From positions 9,426,001-9,490,000 of the forward strand of contig NC_087437.1 in NCBI RefSeq assembly GCF_036321535.1: a stretch of DNA of 64,000 nt, read 5' to 3'. This document shows positions 63,798-64,000 of this stretch, piece after piece; position 1 is the stretch's first letter, and each line of letters opens with the position of its first letter. The DNA comes from Camelus dromedarius (lineage: Eukaryota). Under the pieces are notes generated by a model. It was not told the DNA's origin and made no database searches. It worked only from the letters and a program-made list of their open reading frames with translations. Both the position numbers and the translations under genes were made by a program.

Positions 63798-63845
63798 GAC
63801 TAACACAACATTGTAAATCAACTGCACTTCAATTTCAAAAATAAA
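63798..63845 (+). mobile_element. Extremely short L1 3' tip (~45 bp)
   Basis: actaacacaacattgtaaatcaactgcacttcaat; aatctc..gga on both flanks. Confidence 0.75.
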
Positions 63846-64000
63846 CAATCTCAAGGAGAGAAACCTTAGCATCTGTATGTTCACAGAGCACCAGCAGTAA
63901 TTCTTACAATAAAAGCCAAGTTTGGAAACCATTCATTTATCTCCGGAATGGAAATTTCATTGCCCAGGTGTGCTTTTTCTGAAATCAATGCTGAGCTCCT

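Noticed and set aside
14500..64000. Upstream zinc-finger-coding exons of a long ZNF385D isoform
   Set aside because: No matrin-type C-x2-C...H-x5-H coding segment in the ORF track; short exons could be missed by eye.

Overview
Mammalian genomic DNA, almost certainly a camelid (camel/alpaca/llama). Three copies of the tRNA-derived SINE with the ...AAACCTAATTACCTCCCCCC tail (Vic-1 type) are present, plus many cetartiodactyl-type L1 3' ends. The only recognisable gene element is a CpG-island promoter and first coding exon of ZNF385D on the minus strand (ATG at 13739, MRNIMYF|G, GTGAGT donor at 13717). Positions 1-13717 are the intron after that exon. Positions 14.3-64 kb are upstream sequence, probably intronic to a longer ZNF385D isoform, and are filled with MIR, L2, L1, HAL1, MaLR/ERVL/MER41-like LTRs, hAT MERs and microsatellites. 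No CRISPR, RNA gene or other CDS is supportable; nearly all ORF-track entries are spurious or L1 remnants. I do not see a clearly new multi-gene system. The best leads are: a chain of stop/start-overlapping uORFs leading into the ZNF385D start codon, a SINE that has captured ~210 bp of foreign DNA, a short mRNA-3'-end-like insert replacing part of an old L1, a triplicated NRF1-like motif, an E-box cluster, and a MER41-like LTR with altered STAT sites. Repeat family names and boundaries come from recalled consensus sequences and are approximate.
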